In this document: positions 1 to 8,881 of the stretch, in pieces | Numbering within the stretch: position 1 is the stretch's first letter | Layout of the letters: each line of letters begins with the position of its first letter | Assembly: GCA_017938425.1 (NCBI GenBank) | Contig: JAGBBQ010000042.1 | Span: 1-54,828 of the forward strand | Source of the DNA: Clostridia bacterium | Lineage (GTDB): Bacteria; Bacillota; Clostridia; Oscillospirales; CAG-272 | Direction: 5' to 3' | DNA: 54,828 bases | Made by a program: the position numbers and the translations under genes | The notes under the pieces: model-generated | What the model saw: only the letters and a program-made list of their open reading frames with translations | Databases searched by the model: none | What the model was told of the DNA's origin: nothing

Positions 1-1197
1 GGTGATGTCGTGCGGCTCGGTCGCGCAGTCGGTGGGGCGGCGCCGGTCGGTCTGCAGGGCGGGCAGGCAGCGGATCAGCTCGGTGCAATGCGAGAAGAGG
101 GAAAGCGACGGCGCGCCGTTTTTATCACGCAGCAGGTCCTTTACAGAGAGCCAGCCCGCCTCTCTGTCGTTGGAGCATTTCGTGAATTGCACGCCGTAGG
201 AGGCGAAGAGGCTCGCCTTGCTTTTGCCGCTTTCCTGGCTGCGGCTGAAGAGGTCGGGCGGCGCTAAGGTGGCGTAGATGTCCTCTCCCGCGGGGGTGTG
301 CGAGAGAATGACATCCGCCGCCTCCTTGATGGGCAGGTCCGAGGCGCAGTATTCGCGGTAAACGTAAGCGCGCCCCTCGGGGCTCACGGCGATCCAGAGG
401 CAGGCGAGGCGGTCGAGACCGTAGTCCACCGTGCGCCATTTTCTCCAGTGGCGCGGGATCTCGAAGGGTGCACAGGTATGCTTTGCCGTTGAAAATTCCG
501 AAAAGTATTGCCCGTCGAAGATGTTCCAGTCGCCATAGAGCAGCGCCTTTTTCTCTCGCTCGGGGAGGGCGAGAAGGCGCTTTTCGTAATCGGGATCGCC
601 CTCGCAAAGAAAGCGGTTGTCCGATAAAAGGGAGGGGAGAAAGATGCGCTTCATCCCGTCCCTTCCCGTAAAGGGGGTGCCGTGCGGTGCGGGGTCCACG
701 AACCTCGCCTTCACCCATCCGTGACCAACGCCGCCCGGGTTGGTGGAGGATTTGATCTGCTTGGGGAAGGTGTTTGCGCCGCGCACGCGGGAGATCAGAT
801 ACAGATACTGCGCCTCGGTGAAGTGCGTCAGCTCGTCGAAGCGAACGCAGTCGTATTCCGCGCTTTGATACTGATAGACGTCGTTTTCCGCGGCGCAGTA
901 CCCGAAGTCGAGGCAGGAGCCGTTTTTGAAGCGGCCGACGTGGGTGGTCTGGTTGAAGCGGTAGATCTCGCGCGGAAAGAGCGCAAGCGAGGTGCGGATG
1001 AGGGATTTTTCCAGCTCCGCAAAGCTGCGCCTGAGGATCAGCTGCTTGGAGCCGGGGTAGCGCAGCGCCACGAGGAGCGCATCCACCAGCTGACCGTAGG
1101 ATTTGCCGCCGCCCGCCGCGCCGCCGAAGAGGACCTCGGTCGCCTCGGCGTCGATAAACGCCTTTTGCTTTTTCGTAACGGTGAGCTTCAGCTTCAT
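1..1197 (-). CDS. terL: Phage terminase large subunit (3' end runs off the window; absent from the ORF track)
   Basis: I translated it manually from ATG 1197 and it is open for 399 codons to position 1. It begins MKLKLTVTKKQKAFIDAEATEVLF. Motifs: Walker A GGAAGGGKS, Walker B VRFDELTHF, STNPGGVGHGWVK, LLYGDW, nuclease VDYG, and ...CATEPHDIT at the edge. ATGA overlap with the upstream gene. Confidence 0.93.
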   Translation of the reverse strand, partial: MKLKLTVTKKQKAFIDAEATEVLFGGAAGGGKSYGQLVDALLVALRYPGSKQLILRRSFAELEKSLIRTSLALFPREIYRFNQTTHVGRFKNGSCLDFGYCAAENDVYQYQSAEYDCVRFDELTHFTEAQYLYLISRVRGANTFPKQIKSSTNPGGVGHGWVKARFVDPAPHGTPFTGRDGMKRIFLPSLLSDNRFLCEGDPDYEKRLLALPEREKKALLYGDWNIFDGQYFSEFSTAKHTCAPFEIPRHWRKWRTVDYGLDRLACLWIAVSPEGRAYVYREYCASDLPIKEAADVILSHTPAGEDIYATLAPPDLFSRSQESGKSKASLFASYGVQFTKCSNDREAGWLSVKDLLRDKNGAPSLSLFSHCTELIRCLPALQTDRRRPTDCATEPHDIT

Positions 1198-1529
1198 CCC
1201 AGCACCTCGAGCGTTACCGAAAGAGCGGAGTCCTCCTCTTGCTTTCCTTCGGTGCTTTCGCCCTCCAACAGATATTTGACGAACGATGCGTCAAACCGCT
1301 TGGTCAGCCCTCTGTCTATCAGGTAATCCCTGCGGATCTCGCTGCATTCTCGGATGGCGCGATCGAAGTCGCTATGTATGCGGAAGGCGAGCAGCTCCTC
1401 GGTGGTAAAGCCGTTGGCTCTGGCGAATTTCTGGAGGCTGGGGGCGCTCCTCTCATCGTCATAGCCCGCAAAAAAGGTGTAGAGCCTGCGCGGCAGATCC
1501 TTCGCGTAGCCCTTTTTTCTTGCCTTCAA
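1194..1529 (-). CDS. Probable terminase small subunit / DNA-packaging protein
   Basis: Coupled to terL by an ATGA overlap. Likely TTG start at 1529 after AAGGAG, giving 111 aa. HTH-like segment PSLQKFARANGFTTEEL, and RRDYLIDRGLTKRFDASFVKYLL resembles gp3-type packaging proteins. The call is largely positional. Confidence 0.7.
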   Translation of the reverse strand: MKARKKGYAKDLPRRLYTFFAGYDDERSAPSLQKFARANGFTTEELLAFRIHSDFDRAIRECSEIRRDYLIDRGLTKRFDASFVKYLLEGESTEGKQEEDSALSVTLEVLG

Positions 1530-1580
1530 GGGAGGTCTCCTTTCTTTCGTATTCGGAAGGGCTTTTCCTTCCGTGCCTAT

Positions 1581-1589
1581 AGTGTAGCA
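1581..1589 (-). promoter_or_regulatory. Extended -10 (TGcTACACT) upstream of terS, with no recognisable -35
   Basis: Reverse complement of agtgtagca at 1581-1589. The -35 position reads CTTACG. Confidence 0.45.
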
Positions 1590-1664
1590 AAAGATTTTCT
1601 TTTCGTAAGTATACCTGCCCCCCAAAGAATCTTCGCGTATTTTGTCGCCCGTTTGTGCAGAAAA

Positions 1665-1703
1665 AACAAAAAAAGCCCACCAAGGGGTGCTTGGTGGGCA
1701 AAA
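1665..1703 (-). terminator. Intrinsic terminator of the ABC-F gene
   Basis: GCCCACCAAG-N5-CTTGGTGGGC hairpin followed on the minus strand by a T-tract. Confidence 0.8.
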
Positions 1704-1727
1704 CAGGGGTAATGCGTATGAAATTTT

Positions 1728-3644
1728 TTACATCAGAAGCTCGTAAAGCGAGAGCAGCTCCTCCTCGATCTCGCCCTTGCGGCGGTCGATCTCTGCGGCG
1801 CGCACGTAGTCGCTCGCTGCCTCGCCGAAGAGTTCCTCCTCCAGCGCCTCGAGCTCCTTTTCGAGAACGGTGACGCGCTCTGCCGCGCGCTCAAGCTTCT
1901 TCTGCTCGCCGCGCTTTTTGGCGGCCTCGCGCTTTTTCTGCTCGTATTCCTCCTTGCCCGCGCTTGCCTCGGTGGGAGCGGCGGAGCGCGTGAGGCTCTC
2001 CTTTTTCTCCTTTAAGCGCAGGTACTCGGTATAAGCATCGTCGTATTCCTCGAGGCGGTAATCCAGCATACCGCGGTCCGTCCCCGGCGCAAGCTCGACG
2101 ATGCGCGTCGCGATGCGGTTGATGAAGTATCGGTCGTGCGAGACTGCCACCACCGTGCCGTCAAAGGCGAGAAGCGCGTTCTCAAGCGCCTCGGCGGAGC
2201 CGATGTCAAGATGGTTGGTCGGCTCGTCCATCACGAGAAGGTTGACCTTCTTTAGGATCAGCTTGGCAAGCGTGAGCCTTGCGCGCTCACCGCCCGAAAG
2301 CACGCGCACGCTCTTGTCCATATCCTCCGCGCCGAAAAGAAAGAGCGCAAGGGCAGAGCGAAGCTCCAGATCGGTCAAAAGAGGATAGCTTTCGCGCATC
2401 TCGGAGAAAACGGTGTTGCTCTCCGAGAGTCCGCGGTTCTCCTGATCGTAGTAGCCGATCTTTATATTGTAGCCGCATTCCACGCAGCCGCCCTGCGGCA
2501 CGATAAGGCCGTTGATCAGCTTCATCAGCGTGGATTTGCCCGAGCCGTTCGGGCCGAGAAAGAGCACCCTTTCTCCCTTTTCTATTAAGAAGGAAAGGTT
2601 TTCGATCAGCGCCTTGCCGCCGTAGGAGAAAGAGAGGTCTCTTGCCTCGATCACGTGCCCCGTGCTTTCGCTCTCGGAAAGAAAGCGCACGCGGATCTCC
2701 TTTTCGGGGCCCTTCGGCTTTTCGATCTTTTCCATTCGTGCGAGCTGCTTCTCCTTGGATCGGATGGTCACGAAGTTGTGCTCGCGGTTGCAGCGGCGCT
2801 GGAATTCGATGTTTTTTCGGATGCGCTCGATCTCCTTTTGCTGCTCCTTGTAGCGCTTCTCAAGCGAGGCGCGCTCCGCCTCCATCTGCAGCTTCGCGGC
2901 GGAGTAATTGCCGTGAAAGAGCTTGGCGGTGCCGTCCTGGATCTGCATCGTCTTTTCCGTGGTACGGTCGAGGAAGTAGCGGTCGTGCGAGATGATCAGC
3001 ACGGTCTTCTTATAGCCCGCGAGAAAGCCCTCGAGCCAGGCAAGGGCGTCGAGGTCGAGATGGTTGGTCGGCTCGTCGAGCATCAGCACGTCGGGCTCGG
3101 TGGCGAGCAGGCGCGCAAGCGCCAGACGGGTGTACTGTCCGCCCGAGAGGGTGGAGATGGTCTGCGTCAGCTGCGCCTCCGTAAAGCCGAGGCGTAAAAG
3201 CATTCCGCGTGCGCGTGAGCGGAATTCGAGGCCGCCCTCGTCGGCAAAGCGCTGGTTTAAGGCGGCGAGCCTTGCAGAGAGCGTCTCAATCTCCGCGGCG
3301 CTTGCTACGGTCAGTGCGTGCGTCACCGCCTCGATCTGCTCCTCCAGGGCAAGGAGCGCGGGAAACGCGGTGATCATATACTGCTCCATCGTCATATCGC
3401 CGGGCAGTGCGGTCAGATCCGCATTCTGCTCCAGAACACCGAGCGTGTGCCCCTTCTGGAGGCTGACGGTGCCGCTATCCGGCGTATACGCGCCCGAAAG
3501 CAGACGGAAAAGCGAGGTCTTGCCCGCGCCGTTGGTGCCGACGATGCCGATATGCTCGCCGTCCTGCGCGGCGAAGGTGACGTCCTTCAGTATTACCGTA
3601 TCCCCGAAGGAGAGGGAGAGGGAAGAGGCTTGGATCGCGATCAT
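1728..3644 (-). CDS. ABC-F family ribosome-associated ATPase
   Basis: Two ABC cassettes (GTNGAGKT/LSGGQ/LDEPTNHLD and GPNGSGKS/LSGGE/MDEPTNHLD), no membrane domain, C-terminal coiled coil. Confidence 0.93.
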   Translation of the reverse strand: MIAIQASSLSLSFGDTVILKDVTFAAQDGEHIGIVGTNGAGKTSLFRLLSGAYTPDSGTVSLQKGHTLGVLEQNADLTALPGDMTMEQYMITAFPALLALEEQIEAVTHALTVASAAEIETLSARLAALNQRFADEGGLEFRSRARGMLLRLGFTEAQLTQTISTLSGGQYTRLALARLLATEPDVLMLDEPTNHLDLDALAWLEGFLAGYKKTVLIISHDRYFLDRTTEKTMQIQDGTAKLFHGNYSAAKLQMEAERASLEKRYKEQQKEIERIRKNIEFQRRCNREHNFVTIRSKEKQLARMEKIEKPKGPEKEIRVRFLSESESTGHVIEARDLSFSYGGKALIENLSFLIEKGERVLFLGPNGSGKSTLMKLINGLIVPQGGCVECGYNIKIGYYDQENRGLSESNTVFSEMRESYPLLTDLELRSALALFLFGAEDMDKSVRVLSGGERARLTLAKLILKKVNLLVMDEPTNHLDIGSAEALENALLAFDGTVVAVSHDRYFINRIATRIVELAPGTDRGMLDYRLEEYDDAYTEYLRLKEKKESLTRSAAPTEASAGKEEYEQKKREAAKKRGEQKKLERAAERVTVLEKELEALEEELFGEAASDYVRAAEIDRRKGEIEEELLSLYELLM

Positions 3645-3737
3645 AAATGCTCCTCGTCAAATTTTTCTTTCCTTATTTTATCATATATCGCGCGGAAAAT
3701 CAATCGCCGACGGAAAAATTCGCAGGAAAACGTCAAA

Positions 3738-3968
3738 TATGCATAATTATGCAATAAATTATGCTGCATATTCAAAACATTTATGCAAATCTTTGCGAAC
3801 GAAAACGGCGTTTTTTCAGCTCCGCTCCTCCTAATTTTCAGAAAAACAAGAAATAATTGGTTAAAATAAACAAATTTAGATGCGAAAAACTGTGTTTTAT
3901 GCCATTTTTGCCAAAGATGAATTTTTTTGCAAAAAAGTCTTGACTTTCTGAATAAATAGGCGTATAAT
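3738..3968 (+). promoter_or_regulatory. sigmaA promoter of the amino-acid ABC operon with ARG-box-like palindromes
   Basis: TTGACT(3940)-17 bp-TATAAT(3963). Perfect palindrome TGCATAATTATGCA at 3740-3753. TGAAT-N4-TTGCA at about 3918 and TGAATAAATAGGCG inside the promoter spacer resemble ArgR/AhrC boxes. Confidence 0.6.
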
Positions 3969-4019
3969 GTGTACATCACAAAAACACATCGGGAAGATCC
4001 CGAAAGAAAGAGGAAAAAA

Positions 4020-4856
4020 ATGAAGAAGATTATTTCTTTGCTTTTGGCAGTAGCACTCCTTTGCGGATGTGCATTCACCCTTGCATCCTGTGGCGGTAAG
4101 GAGACCGTTGTTTCCAAGATCGGCGCGCAGAAGGGCACGACCAGTAAGATGTACGCGGACATTCTGAAGGGCGTTGAGGTCGTTACTTATGATACCTTTG
4201 CTCTTGCGGCAAACGCTATGAATAACGGCAACGTGGATTACGTCATCGTTGATAAGACCACCGGTGAGGCTCTTTGCAGAGAGATCTCCGGCCTGAAGAT
4301 CAATCCCATCGCTCTCTCCAGCGAGAACTACGGTATCGCGATCGACAAGGCACAGGCAAATCTGAAGACGCAGATCGATGCGATCCTTGCAGATAAGGAT
4401 GCCGAGATCCAGGCGATCAAGGATAAGTACATGAACAACGAGACCGATAAGTTCGTTGGCGTTACCCCCGTTGCTAAGAACGTAGATAAGGCGGATCAGC
4501 AGCTCGTTGTTGCTACCAACGCAGAGTTCGCTCCCTGGGAGTATAAGTCCGAGAACAAGTACTTCGGTATCGATATGGAGATCGCCGCTATTCTTGCTTC
4601 CGAGCTTGGTATGGAGCTTGTAATCGAGGATATGGACTTTGATAACGTTGTCGGCTCCGTTGGTAAGCAGGGCATCGATATCGCAATGTCCGGTATCACC
4701 ATCACCGCTGAGCGCGCAGACGTTGTTAACTTCTCCACTCCCTACTACACCGAGTCCATCGTGATCGTTCACAAGGCAGCCGATACCTCTCTTGCATCCT
4801 GCGGCACCGTTGTTGACCTTCTCACGGTTCTCTGCGTAGCGGCTGAAGAGGAATAA
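4020..4856 (+). CDS. Polar amino-acid ABC transporter substrate-binding lipoprotein (circularly permuted family 3 SBP)
   Basis: MKKIISLLL...LASC lipobox; KIGAQKGTT, ATNAEFAPWEY, GIDMEIA and SGITITAER motifs. Confidence 0.9.
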   Translation: MKKIISLLLAVALLCGCAFTLASCGGKETVVSKIGAQKGTTSKMYADILKGVEVVTYDTFALAANAMNNGNVDYVIVDKTTGEALCREISGLKINPIALSSENYGIAIDKAQANLKTQIDAILADKDAEIQAIKDKYMNNETDKFVGVTPVAKNVDKADQQLVVATNAEFAPWEYKSENKYFGIDMEIAAILASELGMELVIEDMDFDNVVGSVGKQGIDIAMSGITITAERADVVNFSTPYYTESIVIVHKAADTSLASCGTVVDLLTVLCVAAEEE

Positions 4857-4879
4857 TTTAAATTAATAAAAAAGGAAAT

Positions 4880-4918
4880 AAAGGCTTAGTTCTTTGAGCT
4901 AAGCCTTTCGTTTGGTTT
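4880..4918 (+). terminator. Intra-operon hairpin (partial terminator or mRNA stabiliser) after the SBP gene
   Basis: AAAGGCTTAG-N9-CTAAGCCTTT followed by a broken T-rich tail. Confidence 0.6.
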
Positions 4919-4925
4919 ATAAAGT

Positions 4926-5633
4926 ATGGATGGTTTTTCCGAAATGTGGCAAGAATTCGTCAAGCAATTTATAACAAGAAAAGGCTATATCAGTGTGCTT
5001 GACGGTCTTGTTGTAACTGTAGAGATCGCGGTGCTTGGCCTTCTCATCGGCGTATTGATCGGTACGCTGATCGCGGTGGTGCGTGTAATGCCGAAATATA
5101 AAACGCTGCCCCGTGTGCTGGATAAGATCTGCGGCTGCTACGTGGAGCTTTTCCGCGGCACGCCTATGGTCGTTCAGCTTCTGATCGGCTATTGGGTGTT
5201 GCTTCCCGCGATGGATATCCAGGTAAATTCGGGCGTTCCCGTCGCCATTATTATGTTCGGTCTGAACAGCGGTGCTTACGTCAGTGAAATTATGCGCGGC
5301 GGTATCAATTCCGTCGATCCCGGTCAGATGGAGGCGGGAAGGGCTGTCGGTCTGCCCTATGCCACCACGATGATGAAGATCGTCGTTCCGCAGGCGGTCA
5401 AGAACATTCTCCCTACGCTCGGTAACGAGTTTATCGTGCTGATCAAGGAGACCTCGATCGTCAGCTTCATTGCCGTTACTGACCTGTATAAGTCCTTCAA
5501 GCAGCTGGGTGACCCCACGTATAATTATACCGTGCCTTACCTGATGCTTGCCTTGACGTACCTTATTATGGTGCTTGTGATCTCTGCGGGCGTCAGAGCA
5601 CTTGAGACAAAACTGAAGAAGAGTGAGAAATGA
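4926..5633 (+). CDS. Amino-acid ABC transporter permease (HisM/GlnP type)
   Basis: [21 protein letters not shown] and EAGRAVGL (EAA loop). Confidence 0.93.
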   Translation: MDGFSEMWQEFVKQFITRKGYISVLDGLVVTVEIAVLGLLIGVLIGTLIAVVRVMPKYKTLPRVLDKICGCYVELFRGTPMVVQLLIGYWVLLPAMDIQVNSGVPVAIIMFGLNSGAYVSEIMRGGINSVDPGQMEAGRAVGLPYATTMMKIVVPQAVKNILPTLGNEFIVLIKETSIVSFIAVTDLYKSFKQLGDPTYNYTVPYLMLALTYLIMVLVISAGVRALETKLKKSEK

Positions 5634-5634
5634 T

Positions 5635-6489
5635 ATGGAAAAAGAAGTTACTTTGAATGAAACGGTTTTGTCTGTCAGAGGCTTAACGAAAAAGTTTGGA
5701 AATCTCGAGGTCCTTCGCGGCCTCGACCTCGATATCCGTGACGGAGAGCAGATCGCCATCATCGGTCCCTCCGGCTGCGGTAAATCGACCTTTCTGCGCT
5801 GCCTGAACTGTATGGAGGACCCTACCTCGGGCTCCATTCTCTTCGACGGCGAGGATATTGCCGATATGAAGGTGGATATCAATAAGCACCGCGAGCATAT
5901 CGGTATGGTATTCCAGCAGTTTAACCTCTTTAACAACAAAACGGTCATCGAAAACATTATGCTCGCACCGGTCTACGTCGGCGTGAGAGATCTGAAGGCA
6001 AAAAAGAGAAAGAACTTCTTCACAAAGCTTTTGAACGTGTTCAGAAAAGAGAAGAAGGCGCTCCTCCCGATCGAGACCACCGAGGCACAGATCAAGGCGG
6101 CGGCAAAGGAAAAAGCGGAGGCGCTGCTTCACCGCATCGGCCTTGAGGAGAAGGCAAACGTGTATCCCTCCACGCTTTCGGGCGGTCAGAAGCAGAGAAT
6201 CGCGATCATCCGCGCTCTTGCAATGAACCCGAAGGTCATCCTCTTCGACGAGCCCACCTCCGCTTTGGACCCCGAGATGGTCGGCGAGGTGCTGGATCTT
6301 ATGAAGCAGCTTGCAAGGGAGGGTATGACGATGATCATCGTCACCCACGAGATGGGCTTTGCCCGCGAGGTGGCAGACAGAGTGCTCTTCATCGACGAGG
6401 GGCAGATCAAGGAGCAGGGCTCGCCCGAGGAGCTTTTCAAGAATCCCAAGGACGAAAGGCTCAAGGAGTTCCTCTCCAAGGTGCTGTAA
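5635..6489 (+). CDS. Amino-acid ABC transporter ATPase (GlnQ type)
   Basis: [17 protein letters not shown] and [14 protein letters not shown] 5635 preferred as start. Confidence 0.93.
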   Translation: MEKEVTLNETVLSVRGLTKKFGNLEVLRGLDLDIRDGEQIAIIGPSGCGKSTFLRCLNCMEDPTSGSILFDGEDIADMKVDINKHREHIGMVFQQFNLFNNKTVIENIMLAPVYVGVRDLKAKKRKNFFTKLLNVFRKEKKALLPIETTEAQIKAAAKEKAEALLHRIGLEEKANVYPSTLSGGQKQRIAIIRALAMNPKVILFDEPTSALDPEMVGEVLDLMKQLAREGMTMIIVTHEMGFAREVADRVLFIDEGQIKEQGSPEELFKNPKDERLKEFLSKVL

Positions 6490-6490
6490 T

Positions 6491-6527
6491 AAAAAAGAGA
6501 AGATTCGAAAGAATCTTCTCTTTTTTT
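6491..6527. terminator. Bidirectional intrinsic terminator
   Basis: AAAAAAGAGAAGATTC-GAAA-GAATCTTCTCTTTTTTT between convergent genes. Confidence 0.88.
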
Positions 6528-7377
6528 ATTCTGAAAATTTTGGTTTGCTAACTATAGTTAACATATCACCCGTGATCGGGTGGGGGATCACCATTTTTGT
6601 ACAATGGAGAAAATATCCGTCGTCGTTTTTTTCTCCGTAAAGGAAATCGCCGAGCAGGGGATGGCCGATATGCGAGAGATGCACGCGGATCTGGTGCGTG
6701 CGTCCCGTGAGAAGCCGCAAGGAAAGGACCGCGTTGCCGTCCTCTCTTACACAGAGCGTGCGGTATTCGGTGATCGCCCTCTTGCCGTCCTCGGCCACGA
6801 TTCGTTTCATCGAGCCCTCGCATTCTCTTCGGATCGGCAGATCGATGCGCCCTGCCTCTTTTTCGGGAACACCGCTTGCGACGGCGGTGTAGATCTTTTC
6901 AAAGCGCCCCGCCTTCATATCCGCAGAGAGCCTTGCCGCCGCGTATTGCGTTTTTGCGATCAGCACGATGCCCGAGGTATCTCTGTCAAGGCGCGTGATC
7001 GCGCGGAAAACGAAATTCTCGCCCATATAGTGCATCACGGCGTTTGCAAGCGTCGGTAGGGAATTTCCCTTCGATGGGTGTGTCGGCATATTCTTTGGCT
7101 TGCAGACCGCCAAAAGGCTCTCGTCCTCGTAAAGGATCTCGAGCGGCAGCGCGATCGGCGGGATGCCCTCGCTTCTTTCCTCGGGGAAAACGATCTCGAG
7201 CGCGTCTCCCTCTCTGACCTCGGCGCGCATATGCACGTTCACGCCATTCCTAAAAACGCCGCCGTATTTCACGCGCTTGATCTGCGTGACGGAAAGTCCG
7301 AGCGCTGTTTTCAGATATTCCGATATGCGCATGGGAGAGGCGAGTGCCTTCACCGTATGCTTGATGCGATCCGCCAT
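6526..7377 (-). CDS. RluA-family pseudouridine synthase
   Basis: TRLDRDTSG catalytic motif, TGRTHQIRVH and GHPLLGDFLYG. Confidence 0.92.
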   Translation of the reverse strand: MADRIKHTVKALASPMRISEYLKTALGLSVTQIKRVKYGGVFRNGVNVHMRAEVREGDALEIVFPEERSEGIPPIALPLEILYEDESLLAVCKPKNMPTHPSKGNSLPTLANAVMHYMGENFVFRAITRLDRDTSGIVLIAKTQYAAARLSADMKAGRFEKIYTAVASGVPEKEAGRIDLPIRRECEGSMKRIVAEDGKRAITEYRTLCVREDGNAVLSLRLLTGRTHQIRVHLSHIGHPLLGDFLYGEKNDDGYFLHCTKMVIPHPITGDMLTIVSKPKFSE

Positions 7378-7569
7378 TTGGCCGCCCCTCCTTGCCTTGA
7401 ATGCTCGCCCTTATGCCCGAAAACGGGAAACGAAAGAGAATTTAAAAAAATCGTAAGAAAAAAGCATAAAAACGAAAATAGGACTTTTCAAATCCGAAGT
7501 TATATGCTATTATTGTAATACAACTTCTCTTCTTTGTCAAGAAGAGAAGGGAAAGGACGCAAAAACGGT

Positions 7570-8868
7570 ATGGCTGACTTTTCTTCTCCCGCCTATAAGC
7601 GCTCGCGCGCCGCTTACGTGGCGCAAAGCACATTTGAATATTTTATCACGCTTGTGGTGGCGGATGCATTTCTCGCAAAGCTTCTGACCTCGCTTGGCGT
7701 GAGCGATGCGATGGCGGGTATCATTGCCTCCTTCGTCTCCTTAGTGTTTGTCGTGCAGATCTTTTCGATCCTGCTCGTCAAGGGGCGAATGGGCTCGCGC
7801 TCGCTCTCTATGATCTTTGAGACGCTGAGCCAGCTCTGCTTTGCATCGATCTATTTCATTCCGTTTTTGCCCGTATCGAGGGAAGCGAAGCATATGATCG
7901 TGATCCTCGCGATCCTTTTTGCGTACGTATCGAAGTATCTCGTATATTACATTCTTTTTAAGTGGGGCAATTCCTTCGTGGAGAATTCGCGCCGCGGCCG
8001 CTTTTCCGCTCTGCGCGAGATGGTCTCGCTTTTCGGCGGCATCGTGTTCACGCTCGTTGTCAGCCGTGTGTTTGATTCCTACGAGGCGTCGGGCAACCTT
8101 TCGGGCGGCTTTCTCTTCATCGCGATCGTGATCCTCGTCTGCACGCTCAGCTCGCTGGTCAGTATGCTGCTGATGAAGCCGGAGAGCACCGTCGAGGAGC
8201 AGAGCGATAAGAAGTCGCTGCGCGACGTGATGCGAAATACGCTCGGCAATCCGCATTTTCGCCGCCTTCTTGTTTTCGCCGTGCTCTGGGAGTGCGCCAA
8301 GTATTTTACCGTCGGCTTTTTGGGCGTATATAAGACCAAGGAGCTGGTGATGACCGTCTTTCTCGTTCAGATCGTCAACGTGGTGGCAAACGGATTTCGC
8401 CTTGTCTTCTCGGTCCCGTTTGGGAAATATTCGGATAAGACCTCCTTTGCCAAGGGAATAAAGCTTGGCCTCATTCTGGCAGCGGCGGCCTTCCTCTTCT
8501 GTATGCTGACAACGCCGAAAAACTGGTTCTTCATTATCCTTTATACCGTGCTCTATAACGTCAGCACCGCGGGCACGAATCAGAACGGCTTCAATATTAT
8601 GTACAGCACCGTGAGCAACGAGTATATCGTGCAGGCAATGGCGATCCGCAACTGTGTCGGCGGCATCTTCGGCTTCGGCGCGGCGCTGCTTGGCGGCCGC
8701 ATCCTCTCCGCCGTGCAGGCAAACGGCAACCGTGCTTTCGGTATACCGATGTACGGTCAGCAGCTGCTTGCGGGCATTTCGCTTTTGCTGACGGTTTCTG
8801 CAATTGTATATCTGCACTTCGCGATCGTCCGTCCCGATGAGGAGCGAAGGCTTGTACATATGGATTAA
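7570..8868 (+). CDS. MFS transporter (possible sugar/oligosaccharide importer)
   Basis: About 12 hydrophobic segments with GRFSALRE and GKYSDKT loops. First gene of the operon containing the glycosidases. Confidence 0.75.
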   Translation: MADFSSPAYKRSRAAYVAQSTFEYFITLVVADAFLAKLLTSLGVSDAMAGIIASFVSLVFVVQIFSILLVKGRMGSRSLSMIFETLSQLCFASIYFIPFLPVSREAKHMIVILAILFAYVSKYLVYYILFKWGNSFVENSRRGRFSALREMVSLFGGIVFTLVVSRVFDSYEASGNLSGGFLFIAIVILVCTLSSLVSMLLMKPESTVEEQSDKKSLRDVMRNTLGNPHFRRLLVFAVLWECAKYFTVGFLGVYKTKELVMTVFLVQIVNVVANGFRLVFSVPFGKYSDKTSFAKGIKLGLILAAAAFLFCMLTTPKNWFFIILYTVLYNVSTAGTNQNGFNIMYSTVSNEYIVQAMAIRNCVGGIFGFGAALLGGRILSAVQANGNRAFGIPMYGQQLLAGISLLLTVSAIVYLHFAIVRPDEERRLVHMD

Positions 8869-8881
8869 AAAGGAGAGCGCC

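Noticed and set aside
125-1326. Track ORFs 125-718 (-) and 682-1326 (+)
   Set aside because: They are alternative frames over terL, which carries the terminase motifs.
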